This document shows, one piece after another, positions 25,392 through 36,563 of a DNA stretch of 64,000 nucleotides. Under the pieces are notes generated by a model, which worked only from the letters and a program-made list of their open reading frames with translations, ran no database searches and had not been told where the DNA came from. This stretch comes from Blepharisma stoltei ATCC 30299. Its lineage: Eukaryota > Protista > Ciliophora. Location of the stretch: the NCBI GenBank assembly GCA_965603825.1, contig CBFDEM010000033.1, positions 558,001 through 622,000 on the forward strand, given 5' to 3'. Numbering within the stretch: the first letter of the stretch is position 1; each line of letters starts with the position of its first letter. The translations under genes were made by a program, and so were the position numbers.

Positions 25392-27989
25392 ATGGAAGAT
25401 CAGCGTTTGATCAGAATTCCACCTTTTAACTATGTTCACATTACTGATGGCAACACCATCCTTACTAGAGTCGTTATAGGGCCTGCTTCTTATGTATTAA
25501 AAGATCATGAACAACTCAAACTTGGAGGAAAAATCATGAAAATGATTCAAATTCCTCCTAGGAACTATTGCGTTATTAGAAATCCAGTAATTTTAGACGA
25601 GAACAGAAAAATCACTTATGATGATTATGGGATGGTCAAAGTCAACTATGGCGAGCTTGAAGTCCGTACTTCTGAAACTCACCCTGATCCTTTTCCATTG
25701 TATCCATCAGAAGAAATCGAACATGAAATCCAGAAAATCCCAATAGTCCAGCCTAACTGTGCCTTAAAATTAAAAGCTATAAGAGACTTTGTAGACTCAA
25801 GCTCAAAAGAAAGGCACGCAGGGGACGAGTGGCTTTGCTATGGCCCATGCACTTATATTCCTAATATAAATTGCCAAATAATTGAAACTGTAAGATCATT
25901 AACAATCAAGCCGAACTCTGCCTTAAAGATCAGAGCTAAAAAGGAAACCACTGATAAATATGGAAATGCAAGAAAAGCTGGAGAAGAATGGCTTATAAGA
26001 GAAATCGGAGACTATCTACCTCAAGTAGACGAAGAAGTTGTTGAAGAAATAAAATCCATCGTGCTCACTGATAAGCGTGCCCTTCATCTTAGAGCTCTTA
26101 AATCCTTTAAAGATATCTACAATATTAACAGAAAAGCTGGAGAAGAATGGCTCGTCACAATCGAAAACAGCGACACCCATATCCCAGACATATACGAAAT
26201 TGTCGTTAAACAAGCTGACGCAATAGTCCTTACAAATAGACAATATTGTTATATACTAGACCCATTTGAAGGTGGAAAAAACAAATGGGGCAAAAGAGAG
26301 CTGAGAAAAGGGGAATGCACGTTCTTTTTGAAACCTTTTGAGACTCTTGAAAGTGGAATTCAAGATATTTATGTCCTCGCTGACGATGAAGCCTTATTGC
26401 TAAAAGCTAAAGAAAACTATAAAGATGAAGAAGGGGAAGATCATACTGCAGGGGAGATGTGGATGATTTATGGACCTAGAGATTATATACCGTCTGTAGA
26501 AGTTAGTGTGGTAGAAAGAAGGAAAAAAATTCCTCTTGATGAAAATGAAGGGATTTATGTTCGTGATAATAGAACTGGAGAAGTCAAAGCTGTAAGTGGA
26601 GAAAGTTATATGCTGAAATCGTATGAGTCTTTGTGGGAAATGGAGCTAAGTCCTGAGGTAGAAGAGCTGATAAAGAAACAGGCTGTCAGTGAAGCTTTAT
26701 CAACTTCGAGAAGAGTGGTTAGTAAACGTGGAGGTCGAGGTAGCTCATTATCAAGAACTTCAAGCCATAGTTGGAGCCCAGTTGAAGAGCCTCCAGTAAA
26801 AGAATACTCCCGAGATAAAACGAGAGCTGTAACCTTTAGAGTCCCAAGTAATACAGCAGTTCAAGTCCACAACTTCAGAACTCAAATAAGCAGAGTTGTC
26901 TTTGGTCCTGACCGTGTTATGCTCCAACCAGACGAACAATTCACAGTCATAACCCTGTCTGGAGGGATTCCTAAAAAAGAGGGACAAATAAAAGACATCG
27001 CCCTTATGCTAGGCCCATCTTTTATGTCTGACATTGTAGTAGTCGAAACAAGTGATCATGCAAGTCTTCAAATGACACTTTCTTATAACTGGTACTTTGA
27101 TGTCAACAAAGAAAATCCAATTGAATGCAATAAGCTGTTCGCAATCAAAGATTTTATTGGTGATGCTTGCAAAACTATCGCAAGCAGAGTTAGAGGCTCT
27201 GTATCTTGCTTTACTTTTGAAGATTTCCATCAGCGATCTGCTGATATTATCAAGGCAGGGGTGTTTGGAAAAAAAGGAGACTCAATTAAAAAAGAAATCA
27301 GGTTCCCAGCAAACAACTGCGTAATCACTCATGTTGATATCCAAAGCGTCGAACCTACTGATGAAAGAACTCAAGCAAGCTTAAAAAAATCAGTTAATCA
27401 AGCTATCGAAATTACAACTGAAGCAAGCAAAGCTAGGGCTCAGCATGAGGCTGCAAAAGCAGAACAAATTTCGAGAAACAGGCTTGAGCTGCAAAAGGTG
27501 CAGGATGAAATTGATGCAGAGCAAGAAAAAGTGAAACTTATTGAGCTAAAAGTAAAAAATGTTGAAGTCCAAATGATTGGGAAAGCCACTGGAGAAGCTT
27601 TGGCGAAAGCGAAAAGCCAGAAAATTGAGAATCAAAGCTTACTAGAGCAAACTGAGTTGACAGAACAAGCGAAAAAGATTGAAAATGAGACCGAGTTGGG
27701 TCTGCTTAAAGAGCAATATTATGCTGAAGTTGCTCACCAGAAAGCTCTGGATGAGTTAGAAATAAATAAAGCGAAAGAATTAGCAGCAATAGAGACGCAG
27801 AAATTCCAGGAAATTGTGGATGCTATTGGAAGAGAAACAATTGTGGCAATGGCGAAGGCTGGCCCAGAATTGCAGGCTAAATTGCTTAAAGGTCTTGGTC
27901 TTAAAGGATTTATGCTGATGAATTCAAAAAATCCTATCAACCTCTTTTCGACTGCTTCAGGGTTCATTCAAACACCTTCAAACGCTTAA
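25392..27989 (+). CDS. MVP: Major vault protein, 865 aa
   Basis: IRIPPFNYVHI.D.N start, IPPRNYCVIRNPV, DPFPLYP, repeated (A)G(D/E)EWL vault repeats, IPLDENEGIYVRD, shoulder DIVVVETSDHASL, FIGDACKTIASRVRG, cap helix SVNQAIEITT, terminal AGPELQAKLLKGLGLKG..NPINLF. Confidence 0.97.
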   Translation: MEDQRLIRIPPFNYVHITDGNTILTRVVIGPASYVLKDHEQLKLGGKIMKMIQIPPRNYCVIRNPVILDENRKITYDDYGMVKVNYGELEVRTSETHPDPFPLYPSEEIEHEIQKIPIVQPNCALKLKAIRDFVDSSSKERHAGDEWLCYGPCTYIPNINCQIIETVRSLTIKPNSALKIRAKKETTDKYGNARKAGEEWLIREIGDYLPQVDEEVVEEIKSIVLTDKRALHLRALKSFKDIYNINRKAGEEWLVTIENSDTHIPDIYEIVVKQADAIVLTNRQYCYILDPFEGGKNKWGKRELRKGECTFFLKPFETLESGIQDIYVLADDEALLLKAKENYKDEEGEDHTAGEMWMIYGPRDYIPSVEVSVVERRKKIPLDENEGIYVRDNRTGEVKAVSGESYMLKSYESLWEMELSPEVEELIKKQAVSEALSTSRRVVSKRGGRGSSLSRTSSHSWSPVEEPPVKEYSRDKTRAVTFRVPSNTAVQVHNFRTQISRVVFGPDRVMLQPDEQFTVITLSGGIPKKEGQIKDIALMLGPSFMSDIVVVETSDHASLQMTLSYNWYFDVNKENPIECNKLFAIKDFIGDACKTIASRVRGSVSCFTFEDFHQRSADIIKAGVFGKKGDSIKKEIRFPANNCVITHVDIQSVEPTDERTQASLKKSVNQAIEITTEASKARAQHEAAKAEQISRNRLELQKVQDEIDAEQEKVKLIELKVKNVEVQMIGKATGEALAKAKSQKIENQSLLEQTELTEQAKKIENETELGLLKEQYYAEVAHQKALDELEINKAKELAAIETQKFQEIVDAIGRETIVAMAKAGPELQAKLLKGLGLKGFMLMNSKNPINLFSTASGFIQTPSNA

Positions 27990-28093
27990 TAAAATAAACT
28001 TAAATAAGTTATAAATAGCAAGCTGTTTATTTTTGGGTATGTAAAGCATAAACTTTCAATTTCCATTAATATGATTTTTTTATTGTCCCTTTA

Positions 28094-28342
28094 TATGGAG
28101 AACTCAGGAATGGCTTGACAAAATCTTTCTTGAAGTGTTTGCTCAGTTGCATTCCAAAGCCTTTTCTCGACAAAAAATTTTAGGTTATGAGCGGATATGC
28201 CAATTTGGATCTATGGCCTCAGATTCAAGCCTTCATTATATGCCAGTACTCTAATTCTGTTGGCTCATTTATTAGCATTTATTATACGCAGTTTGATATG
28301 GGAAATAAAAGGATAGGCTTTGCAACAGTAATTCAAAGCTAA
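28094..28342 (+). pseudogene. Decayed, internally deleted paralog of the downstream aspartic protease
   Basis: 28265-28342 reads FISIYYTQFDMGNKRIGFATVIQS* versus FISTYYTQFDMGNKRIGFATAIQD* at the 3' end of 28884..29981. About 28107-28167 reads GMAWQNLSWSVCSVAFQSLF versus GMSWKSPNSNDCSAVFQSLY. No intact ORF or 5' half. Left boundary approximate. Confidence 0.8.
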
Positions 28343-28883
28343 ATTTAGCTATTAGACTGTAATCATAATTTCTTTTATCTAGGCTTTTTTGGCAATGATG
28401 TTTCTTATCTAATTTAAAATGAGAAAATGAATAGAGCATACTCTTTTGAGAGTCTTAATAGGAAATTCGAAAAGGTGAAAATTTGGATAATTTACTTACT
28501 AAGAAGCACTGAAATAGAGAAACAATTGTATAGAATGCTTTGCATATTATTTTAACCTTTTAATATTGTAAATACATTTTATATGTGTTGCTATTTGAAA
28601 TTATAGAAAAATTTTATTGAAGCTTTTATAATGTCAGTTGCTTGCCTAATTCTTTGAAAACTTAATAGAATCGCTCAACCAAAGATTGGGGAAGTAGGAT
28701 TTAATATTTTGGGATTTTTATTTAATAATTATTGTTGAGCCAGGACTATTTCTAAGAGATTGCATTAAAATTTCTTAAAAATCGCTTTAGAAGAGTATTT
28801 AAAATATTTATCTTAGATTATGTAGCCAGATAAAGAATTCGTTGATTTCTTTTAAGTCATCAACAAATGGTGAAATAAATAAA

Positions 28884-29981
28884 ATGAAAGCAATACTAGC
28901 ATTTGTTATAATTGAAGTTGCATTATCAGCAATATCGATTCCTATTTACTTAGCTAATGACAACCCAGGGCTTTCATATTCCCAGCTCAAAAAATACCAA
29001 AGCTTAGGGTCGTCAAATGTGATTATTACCAACAACCAAAATACTCAGTATTATGGAGACATAAAAATAGGAACTCCACCCCAAATCTTCTCTGTCCTAT
29101 TTGATACAGGCTCTTCTTCTCTTTTTATTCCTTCAGTTTCTTGCTATGCCCAGAGCTGCCGTTATCATCATACTTATAATCATCAAAAATCCTCATCCTA
29201 TATAAAAAATGGTCAAAAGTTTGCTTCAAACTATGATGGAGGTGCCGTTTCAGGGTTTCTTTCGCAAGACACTGTAACTTGGGGTGGATATAAAATTCCA
29301 AACGTTACCTTTGCTGAATTAACATTCATGCCTGACCAATGGATATCAAATGCATATGACGGAGTTTTGGGAATGTCCTGGAAAAGTCCTAATAGCAATG
29401 ACTGCTCAGCTGTTTTTCAATCCCTTTATGCAGCAGGAGCTTTAGGAGAGCATAACAGTTTCGCTATATTTTTGACCAGCACAGCAAATAAAATTGGTAG
29501 CATCCTAACTTTAGGTGGCTACGAGCTTACTGTCTCTAAAAATGATTGGATTTGGCACAATTTGATATCTCAAACTTCATGGGAAATAAACCTTACTGGA
29601 ATTTCAGTTAATGGTAAAAAAATAGGTGGGACAGGTATGAAAGCTCTTGTTTCAACAGAAACCCCATATTTATCAGGTGATGCAAATATTGTGAATCAAA
29701 TAACTCAAGAAATACATTTTAATGAAGACTGCTCTCAAGTTAGCTCTCTTCCGGATATTACGATTACAATTGATTCTACCGACTATGTGATTTATCCTGA
29801 AAGCTATATTTTCGTATACTCTGTAGACCATGTACAGCAATGCTCGCTTGGCTTGGTGCCTGATAGTGATGCGCAATACGTAAATACGTTAATTTTAGGA
29901 GATATCTTCATCAGCACTTATTATACTCAGTTTGATATGGGAAACAAAAGAATAGGTTTTGCAACAGCCATCCAAGACTAA
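28884..29981 (+). CDS. Secreted pepsin/cathepsin-D-family (A1) aspartic protease homolog, probably catalytically inactive, 365 aa
   Basis: Signal peptide MKAILAFVII; QYYGDIKIGTPPQ.F.VLFDTGSS; YDGVLGM; ILGDIFI..YYTQFD...RIGFA. Second catalytic motif reads ALVSTET instead of D(S/T)G(S/T). Confidence 0.9.
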   Translation: MKAILAFVIIEVALSAISIPIYLANDNPGLSYSQLKKYQSLGSSNVIITNNQNTQYYGDIKIGTPPQIFSVLFDTGSSSLFIPSVSCYAQSCRYHHTYNHQKSSSYIKNGQKFASNYDGGAVSGFLSQDTVTWGGYKIPNVTFAELTFMPDQWISNAYDGVLGMSWKSPNSNDCSAVFQSLYAAGALGEHNSFAIFLTSTANKIGSILTLGGYELTVSKNDWIWHNLISQTSWEINLTGISVNGKKIGGTGMKALVSTETPYLSGDANIVNQITQEIHFNEDCSQVSSLPDITITIDSTDYVIYPESYIFVYSVDHVQQCSLGLVPDSDAQYVNTLILGDIFISTYYTQFDMGNKRIGFATAIQD

Positions 29982-30168
29982 AATTACAGCTTAAAAAATA
30001 AATAATCATCTTTTCTTCTAATTTATAGCATTTCTCTTAGAAATTATCTAATTTATTAATTTTATAAAACGAGAAATACAATATTTGACTCTCCCTTTGC
30101 AATATTATACGAAATCTTCAAGCTAGGAAATAAGGTGCATATCTTGACTGTATCTTTTCACTCAAATA

Positions 30169-33100
30169 ATGATTTTTCTACTGCTTTTCTACACTGTTTC
30201 TTCTCAATCTTGCCCTGATGGAACATACTACGACCATTCCCTCTCCGTTTGTACACCTTGCGATCATACCTGTAGCACTTGCTCCAAAGCAAAAACTGAT
30301 TATTCAGCAGGTTGCATCACATGTAAAAATCCTACAGACTATTTCACCAACGGCAACTGTTATGCTCTTTGTGAAGGCTCCACAAGCTGCTATACCTGCT
30401 ATTTTAGCTGCAATCATTGTATTGGTCCTAATAACAATGATTGCGTGGATTGCTTTTGGGGATTCAATCTCTATAAAGGGATGTGCATTTACGAATGCCC
30501 CACAGGCACTTATTCAGACTCTGGGATCTGCAAAACTTGTGATCCTTCATGCAATGGCTGCACTGGCGGAACTTCTGATACTTGTATTAGCTGTAATTCT
30601 GGCTATTATAATATTTCAAATGCCTGTTTAGCTCAAGTATGTGGAGATGGGATCATAGAAGGATCAGAACAATGCGACGATGGGAATTATATCAATGGGG
30701 ATGGCTGTTCAAATTGCAAAATTGATGTGTATGTATGCTACCCACCTTCTATTCTTAATAGCTATTACTCAGATGATTTCAACAAATTTTATATACAGTT
30801 TAGTGAAAATGTTACAGTTTCAGCTAATGATTGTAGTTATTTTGTAAATAAAGAGCTACTTGGAAATAACCCAATCTGTTTATTTAATGGTGCAATAATT
30901 GAAATTATATTTGGTGATAGCCCTGAATTGACATGAAAAGATTATTTACAGATTTCAAATGGCTCTATATATGGTGCTTGCCATAATACAACAAGCTACT
31001 CTCTTCGTGCTACTGGATCTGATCCTGAATTCGGAGCAATGCTACTTGGAACCCAAATGATGGGGAAATGTGACCCTATTTTAGAAGTAAAGCTAAGCCT
31101 TTTCTCAACCCGAAATCGAAAAATATACTCAGTTATCTGGTCTATTTTCCAAATAATCCCTTTAGTATCAAATGATGAAATTGCTTCTTATGCTACACTT
31201 TCCAAAGTGTTAAATAGCAATTTCAACGGAAGCTACTCATATATCCCAAACTCAAATTTAGCATTAGGGAAAACATATATCATAAAAGTTTCAGTCTATA
31301 ACTTTTTAGGTCAGCATATTGACGTGTTTTCTACGACTGAGACAAAAAATATTTCTTCTCCTGTGTTTTATGATTTCGGGTTCGAAACTTTATTTGTGAA
31401 GCCAGAAACTGAACTTACCATTAGGGCTGATGCTTATGCATGCGAAATAGCCTCAGAAATAGTATTTGATTGGGAAGTAACTCAATTAAGTACAGTAAAT
31501 AATTCTCAGAGTAAAATATCGATGATTTTAAGTGAACAATATGACAGAATTCTGATTATTAATAAATATTTGATGAGTGATGGCGACGAAATGAACATTA
31601 CTGTGCATGCTTGGCCTGCTCATTCAATGAAAGATGCAGGGTATAGAATTATTTCTATTAAGTACATGGCTTCAGAAATATTAGCCAGAATCAATCCAAG
31701 ATGTGTTAGTATATTGCAAAACGAAACAATTGAATTAAATGCTTGGGATAGTATGGACTTAGGAAAACCAGAAGCTAGCTTAAACTATAGCTGGGTTTTA
31801 AAATATTTTGGGAATACAATAGAGACCTCAGCTTCAGCTATTTTTCAAATAGATGGTAGCAAATTAAGCACTGGGATACATAAGGTGTATTTAACAGTGT
31901 CAAGAGGAAGCAAAAGTGATGAAGATGAAATTGATTTAATTGTTGGAAACAATAAGGGAGATATTTATATTGATATGGGAAAATATTTAGAAACTGATGA
32001 ATATATAAAAGTAAATTCGAGCTATTTTTCTGGAATTTGATCTTCGAATTTAGTTTCGAGCTCTGCTTTAAATTACAAGGAAAATAGATTTTTTAGAGAA
32101 AATATTGAAGGTTATGGGTTTGTTAATTGGACAACTAGTAAAATAGCTTGTAACGAAATTATTAATTTTGGATCAACTCCATATAGTGGCTCATTTACAG
32201 TAGAGCCCACAATTGGGTTTCCATACAAAACTCTTTTTACCCTGAGTGCAAATTTATGGGAAAATGCTTTCAATTATCAGTTTTTTTATATAGATACAAC
32301 CTTAAGTGGATCGAAAAATATTTATGTTCCATTAACAGATCGGATTTTTCAAAACAATTTTGCTACATATTTACCCAAGATCCCTAATTATATTACCTTA
32401 GTTTTAAGGGTTTATTCCTTATCGGGCAGCTATATTGAAAGAATTGTTTACGTCAATTTTAATCAAACAGGTCCAGAAATTACCTTAAATTCTAAAAATG
32501 AGATTGTTGAAGAGCTAACTGCCTTAATTCCTATTAATCATTATGAAAAACTGCTTCAGACCTCAGCCATTTTGTCATCTCTATTACGAAGCCCAGTCCA
32601 CCATTTTTTGCCTGATATAACAAGCTGCATATGCGGTACAAACGGGAATTGTGTTGACAATAAATGTGTATGCAATACAGGCTGGGAAGGAAATACCTGC
32701 GAATATGAGCAAGGAGAAATAAACATAGACACAAAAATCGCCTCCACACTTCTAAACAATATAAATACTGCTTTTACATATCTTCCCAGAAACAAAAATC
32801 TAGATCTTATGACATCAGCAGTTTTAGTCAAAATTTTAAGCAAAACTGAAATCATCACTTTAGACACATTTAACCAAGTTTTAAATATTTTACAATCTTT
32901 CTTAATCCCCAGCAGTATTGATACAAATTGGAATGATCAGTCATGTGGGAAAATTCTTGGGGATGAAATTTTGGAAGGAACAATCGAAAACATTTTTATT
33001 TGTTTGTCGTCATTAGCTGAAGTCGGGAATAATAGTCAATCATCTTCATATATCAGTGGGATAAAAGATTATATTATCAGTAGTCTTAATTTACTTGGAA

Positions 33101-34479
33101 ATATCATGACCTACCAAAAGACAATTTATGAAAATTCAGTTTCACTGAAGACTGATATATTGAGTGCGTCTTTTGCTAAACTAGAAAATTTTTCAGGATC
33201 ATTTATAGATACCAATTCTAACAGTTCCATGTCTAATGCAAGTGCATCTTTATCAATTAATGGGCCAAAAACACTATTTACGTTTATTGAAATTAAATTG
33301 AATATTTATAACTGGATATCCCAGACAAATTCCTCGTCATCACTCATTATAATTAACCACAATACAGCTGACACATGCCAAACCCAAACTATTAACGCTA
33401 TTGTCAATGTATCAATACCAATTACCAATCCAACCAAAGAACTAAATTATAACTGTGTTTCTTGAAGCAGCAAAGACTGGACTCCTGATGGCTCTCTTGA
33501 AGGTATTACTTATTCAAATACATCATATAGATCTGATATTACAAATTGTACGTTTTCTCATTTGTCTGCATATTCTGTTTCAAGCTATATCAAGAAAGTA
33601 GAGCCAATTGTAATATCTTCTCGTAATCGTAAAGATTATAATCTTCCAGCAATAATATTGCTGGCAGCTATTGCAGCTTTGGATATATTATGAATTATTT
33701 GGGGTGTTAAAAGAGATAATAGAGATGCCGCAAGAGTTAGCCCAGCTTCTGAGCAAAGCTTTTCAGAATCAAGCTCAGGACCGCTTCAGACCCCTCCAAA
33801 AACTAATATTTTTTGGCTTATACTGAAAAACTGCCACTATTTTGCATCAATTTTTTATCGATATGACCCAGAGCTTCCAAGATCACATAGAATTTTGATT
33901 GTAAATGTAAGAGTTATCGGGACAGCAGGAATTTTAGCATATCTTAATTTCTTGATTAGCGGGATTCTTATAGTTGTATGCCTTGCATTAGTCGCTTGTG
34001 GATTTTCATTTTTATTAGGAGTTTTCCTAATTAGGCTATGCAAAGAATACTCAGAAGACAATAAAGTTGAAATGGATTCAAATGCAAATTTCCAAGACGC
34101 TGTAAGAAGATCTCCAGTAATAAAATTACCTGAAATTGAAGATGCTGCAAGGCAACAGTATTTTCATGTAAGAAATCTAAGTACTACAACTGCGTTTCAT
34201 GATAGCGCTAATATCTCTGCTGTTTCACTAAGAGAAAGATCTAAGAGAATTGTTGGGTGGCTAATAGGAATTTCTATTTGTGGATGTTCTTGTTATTCAA
34301 TACTAACTGCCAATTTTAATTGGTATATCCCTTTTATTGCTGGGTTATGCCTGGATTTTTTTGGTCTCCAAATTGCATCTATGTTCTTCCAATATCTTGC
34401 AATAAAAGTGGGAAAAGGCATTGACTATTTTGCTTCGAAAAAGATGAAAGAGATCATTTCAATTGAATTTACAATTTAA
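30169..34479 (+). CDS. Polycystin-1/REJ-like cell-surface receptor: signal peptide, furin-like Cys repeats, REJ, EGF, GAIN/GPS, multi-TM; ~1436 aa
   Basis: Four track ORFs in one frame linked by TGAs (30934, 32038, 33463, 33691). CxxC repeats; CGDGIIEGSEQCDDGN..NGDGCS repeat; REJ motif PYSGSFTVEPTIG...TLFTLSANLW; EGF CGTNGNCVDNKCVCNTGWEGNTC; GPS CVSW....W...CTFSHLSAY; about five hydrophobic helices. Confidence 0.8.
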
Positions 34480-34597
34480 TTTATTAATATACAATATTTA
34501 TTTTATATTTATCTTATAAAATTTAATTTAAAAAACATTTAATATCTTAAAAAAGTTTATTTGACTCAAAAATTATTAAACATGTAACCTTCATCAT

Positions 34598-35548
34598 TTA
34601 TGGACTTGTCGCTTTCCTAGCAGAATTCGTAGCTGATTTTTTATGTCTCAAATAGCTTGGAATATAAATTTTTGCTCGAGGAGTCCTTGTTACATTTTGT
34701 ATCATACTACCCCTAGACACAGGCCGCGATGAGCTAAAACTCGCTTCATTTTTAATTCCTTTGGGAACAATTTTTGGAGACGGTGTTACCAATGTTTTTC
34801 TTGAAGACACTTCTACATACAGCGATTTCGCATGATGCTCCATTTCGTCATCATCTACATAAGAAGGTCTTACTCTTTCCACACTCCTCTTTAACAACCT
34901 CATTTCTCCTTTAAGTTCTGCTATTTCTTCTTCCATTTCAGTTTTATTTTGCTCATACAGATGCAAAGTTCTCTCCAGGACAGGTATAACCTCACTTTTT
35001 AAATAATCTCGTTCTCTTAAAGATTCCTCAGCCACAATTATCTGGGTTTCAAGCTCTTTTTTAAGCTCTTCGTATTCTTCTTCTAATTCGAAAACTCTTT
35101 CTAAGTCCTCACCAGGGCCATTATCTGGGGAACAGATTAATAGAGAGTCTTTGTATTTCTTTTCGTATGAATCTTTTAGGTTATTTGCGATTTGTAGATC
35201 TATTTTAAGCTGGGCAAGATAATTGCTGGAATTTGTAAAATCCCGTGACCGTTCGTAGTCGGAAAATTGGCTTTTTGATAAGACATCGGTTGATAAGCGC
35301 CTCTGGGGGTCTGGGGAGGATTTTATGTCACTGTCCAGAAAGCTTGCAGAGAAGGATTGTTTGAGTTTGGAGATTTCTTTATCTTTTAATTGGATCTTTA
35401 CTGAAAGATCTTGGATTTTTTGTTCAAGCTGAGCGCGCTGGGTTTTTAAGAACTTGCTGTTTTTCATTAGGATTTCATCCTCAGATACAGCAAGCTTATG
35501 ATCAATTATACTGCGAGCACTTTTTTGAGAGTGAAAAGATGATTTCAT
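34598..35548 (-). CDS. Coiled-coil hypothetical protein, 316 aa
   Basis: Uninterrupted ATG-TAA ORF with E/K/L heptad-rich segments. Confidence 0.65.
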   Translation of the reverse strand: MKSSFHSQKSARSIIDHKLAVSEDEILMKNSKFLKTQRAQLEQKIQDLSVKIQLKDKEISKLKQSFSASFLDSDIKSSPDPQRRLSTDVLSKSQFSDYERSRDFTNSSNYLAQLKIDLQIANNLKDSYEKKYKDSLLICSPDNGPGEDLERVFELEEEYEELKKELETQIIVAEESLRERDYLKSEVIPVLERTLHLYEQNKTEMEEEIAELKGEMRLLKRSVERVRPSYVDDDEMEHHAKSLYVEVSSRKTLVTPSPKIVPKGIKNEASFSSSRPVSRGSMIQNVTRTPRAKIYIPSYLRHKKSATNSARKATSP

Positions 35549-35682
35549 AATACATTTGTGGAATTAAAACTAAAATTAAATTAATTCTAATTTTTTATTT
35601 ATAAATAATTGATAATTATAAGTTTCTTAATATATCTTCTAAATATCATTATTATTACCTTAGATGATCCTACTTTTTTCCT

Positions 35683-35750
35683 TGAAAATCAATCAAATTT
35701 CTATTATTATATCTCTCAATCTCTCTAATGAAAATCATCAAATTTCTATT
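35683..35750. repeat. Imperfect ~22-bp direct repeat tgaaaatc(a)atcaaatttctatt, followed by a short TATCTK run
   Basis: Copies at 35683-35705 and 35729-35750 differ by one base; intergenic. Confidence 0.55.
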
Positions 35751-35929
35751 TATCTTTATCTGTATCTGTATCATTCATTTTTAAAATATATGATATATAT
35801 TCAGCATTTTAAGTTTCAAATGATATTAAGGAATACAGCAAGAGATCTTAATCTTTAAAGCTGCAAAATAATTAAAAAAGGTATTTGTTTATGATTAAGC
35901 ATCTTATCATTTGAAGTGTTGTTTTTTAT

Positions 35930-36244
35930 CTAGCGAGATTCGCGAACATTGACTTCTCTGTATTCTTGACAAACTGCACATGGGCCACAGCAAAAATGAT
36001 AAAAGCAGTCACCTACAAAACTACCGTTTATAAGGTAGCGATCCCTGATTTTCCCTCGATTAATTGCAGCACCGATGCAGCATAATACAATTGGACAGCA
36101 GTAAGCACCAAAGCAAGATTCTCCTGTAGCCTTTTTAACACTTATTCCTTGGTAGATGCAATATGCCAATGGGCAAAACCACACAATTATGCAGGTGCAG
36201 CAATCTCTAAAACATCCAAATAAGGGCTCTTCCCACTGCACCAT
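35930..36244 (-). CDS. PLAC8-family Cys-rich protein, 104 aa
   Basis: WEEPLFGCFRDC..C...WFCP; R.KIR.RY.I.GS...DC..H.CC.PCAVCQEYRE; ends TAG. Confidence 0.9.
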   Translation of the reverse strand: MVQWEEPLFGCFRDCCTCIIVWFCPLAYCIYQGISVKKATGESCFGAYCCPIVLCCIGAAINRGKIRDRYLINGSFVGDCFYHFCCGPCAVCQEYREVNVRESR

Positions 36245-36563
36245 ATTCTTCGACAATTATAATTCTTTTCAAAATTTATTAGAATTATTATGATGCAGTT
36301 GAGGTTGAATTAATTAGATTTGCCTATGGGAGCTTTATCAATTGCAAATATAAGGCTGATTTATAAGTGAAACTTCATTTGCAGAGGCAGTGATGATAGT
36401 TGAAAATAAATTATGTAATTTCAATGATTGCTTTTTACTACAGATATTTAGAGATGTAATTTTAATCTTAGATTGGAAAGAAAGAATTAATAATAAATAA
36501 TTTTTAAAATATTTTTATTATAAGGGAGCAAATCATATATAAATAATTTCTTTCTTATCAAAT

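Noticed and set aside
35664-35858. 64-aa track ORF in the spacer between the coiled-coil gene and PLAC8
   Set aside because: Extremely AT-rich, overlaps simple repeats, and lacks coding-like composition.
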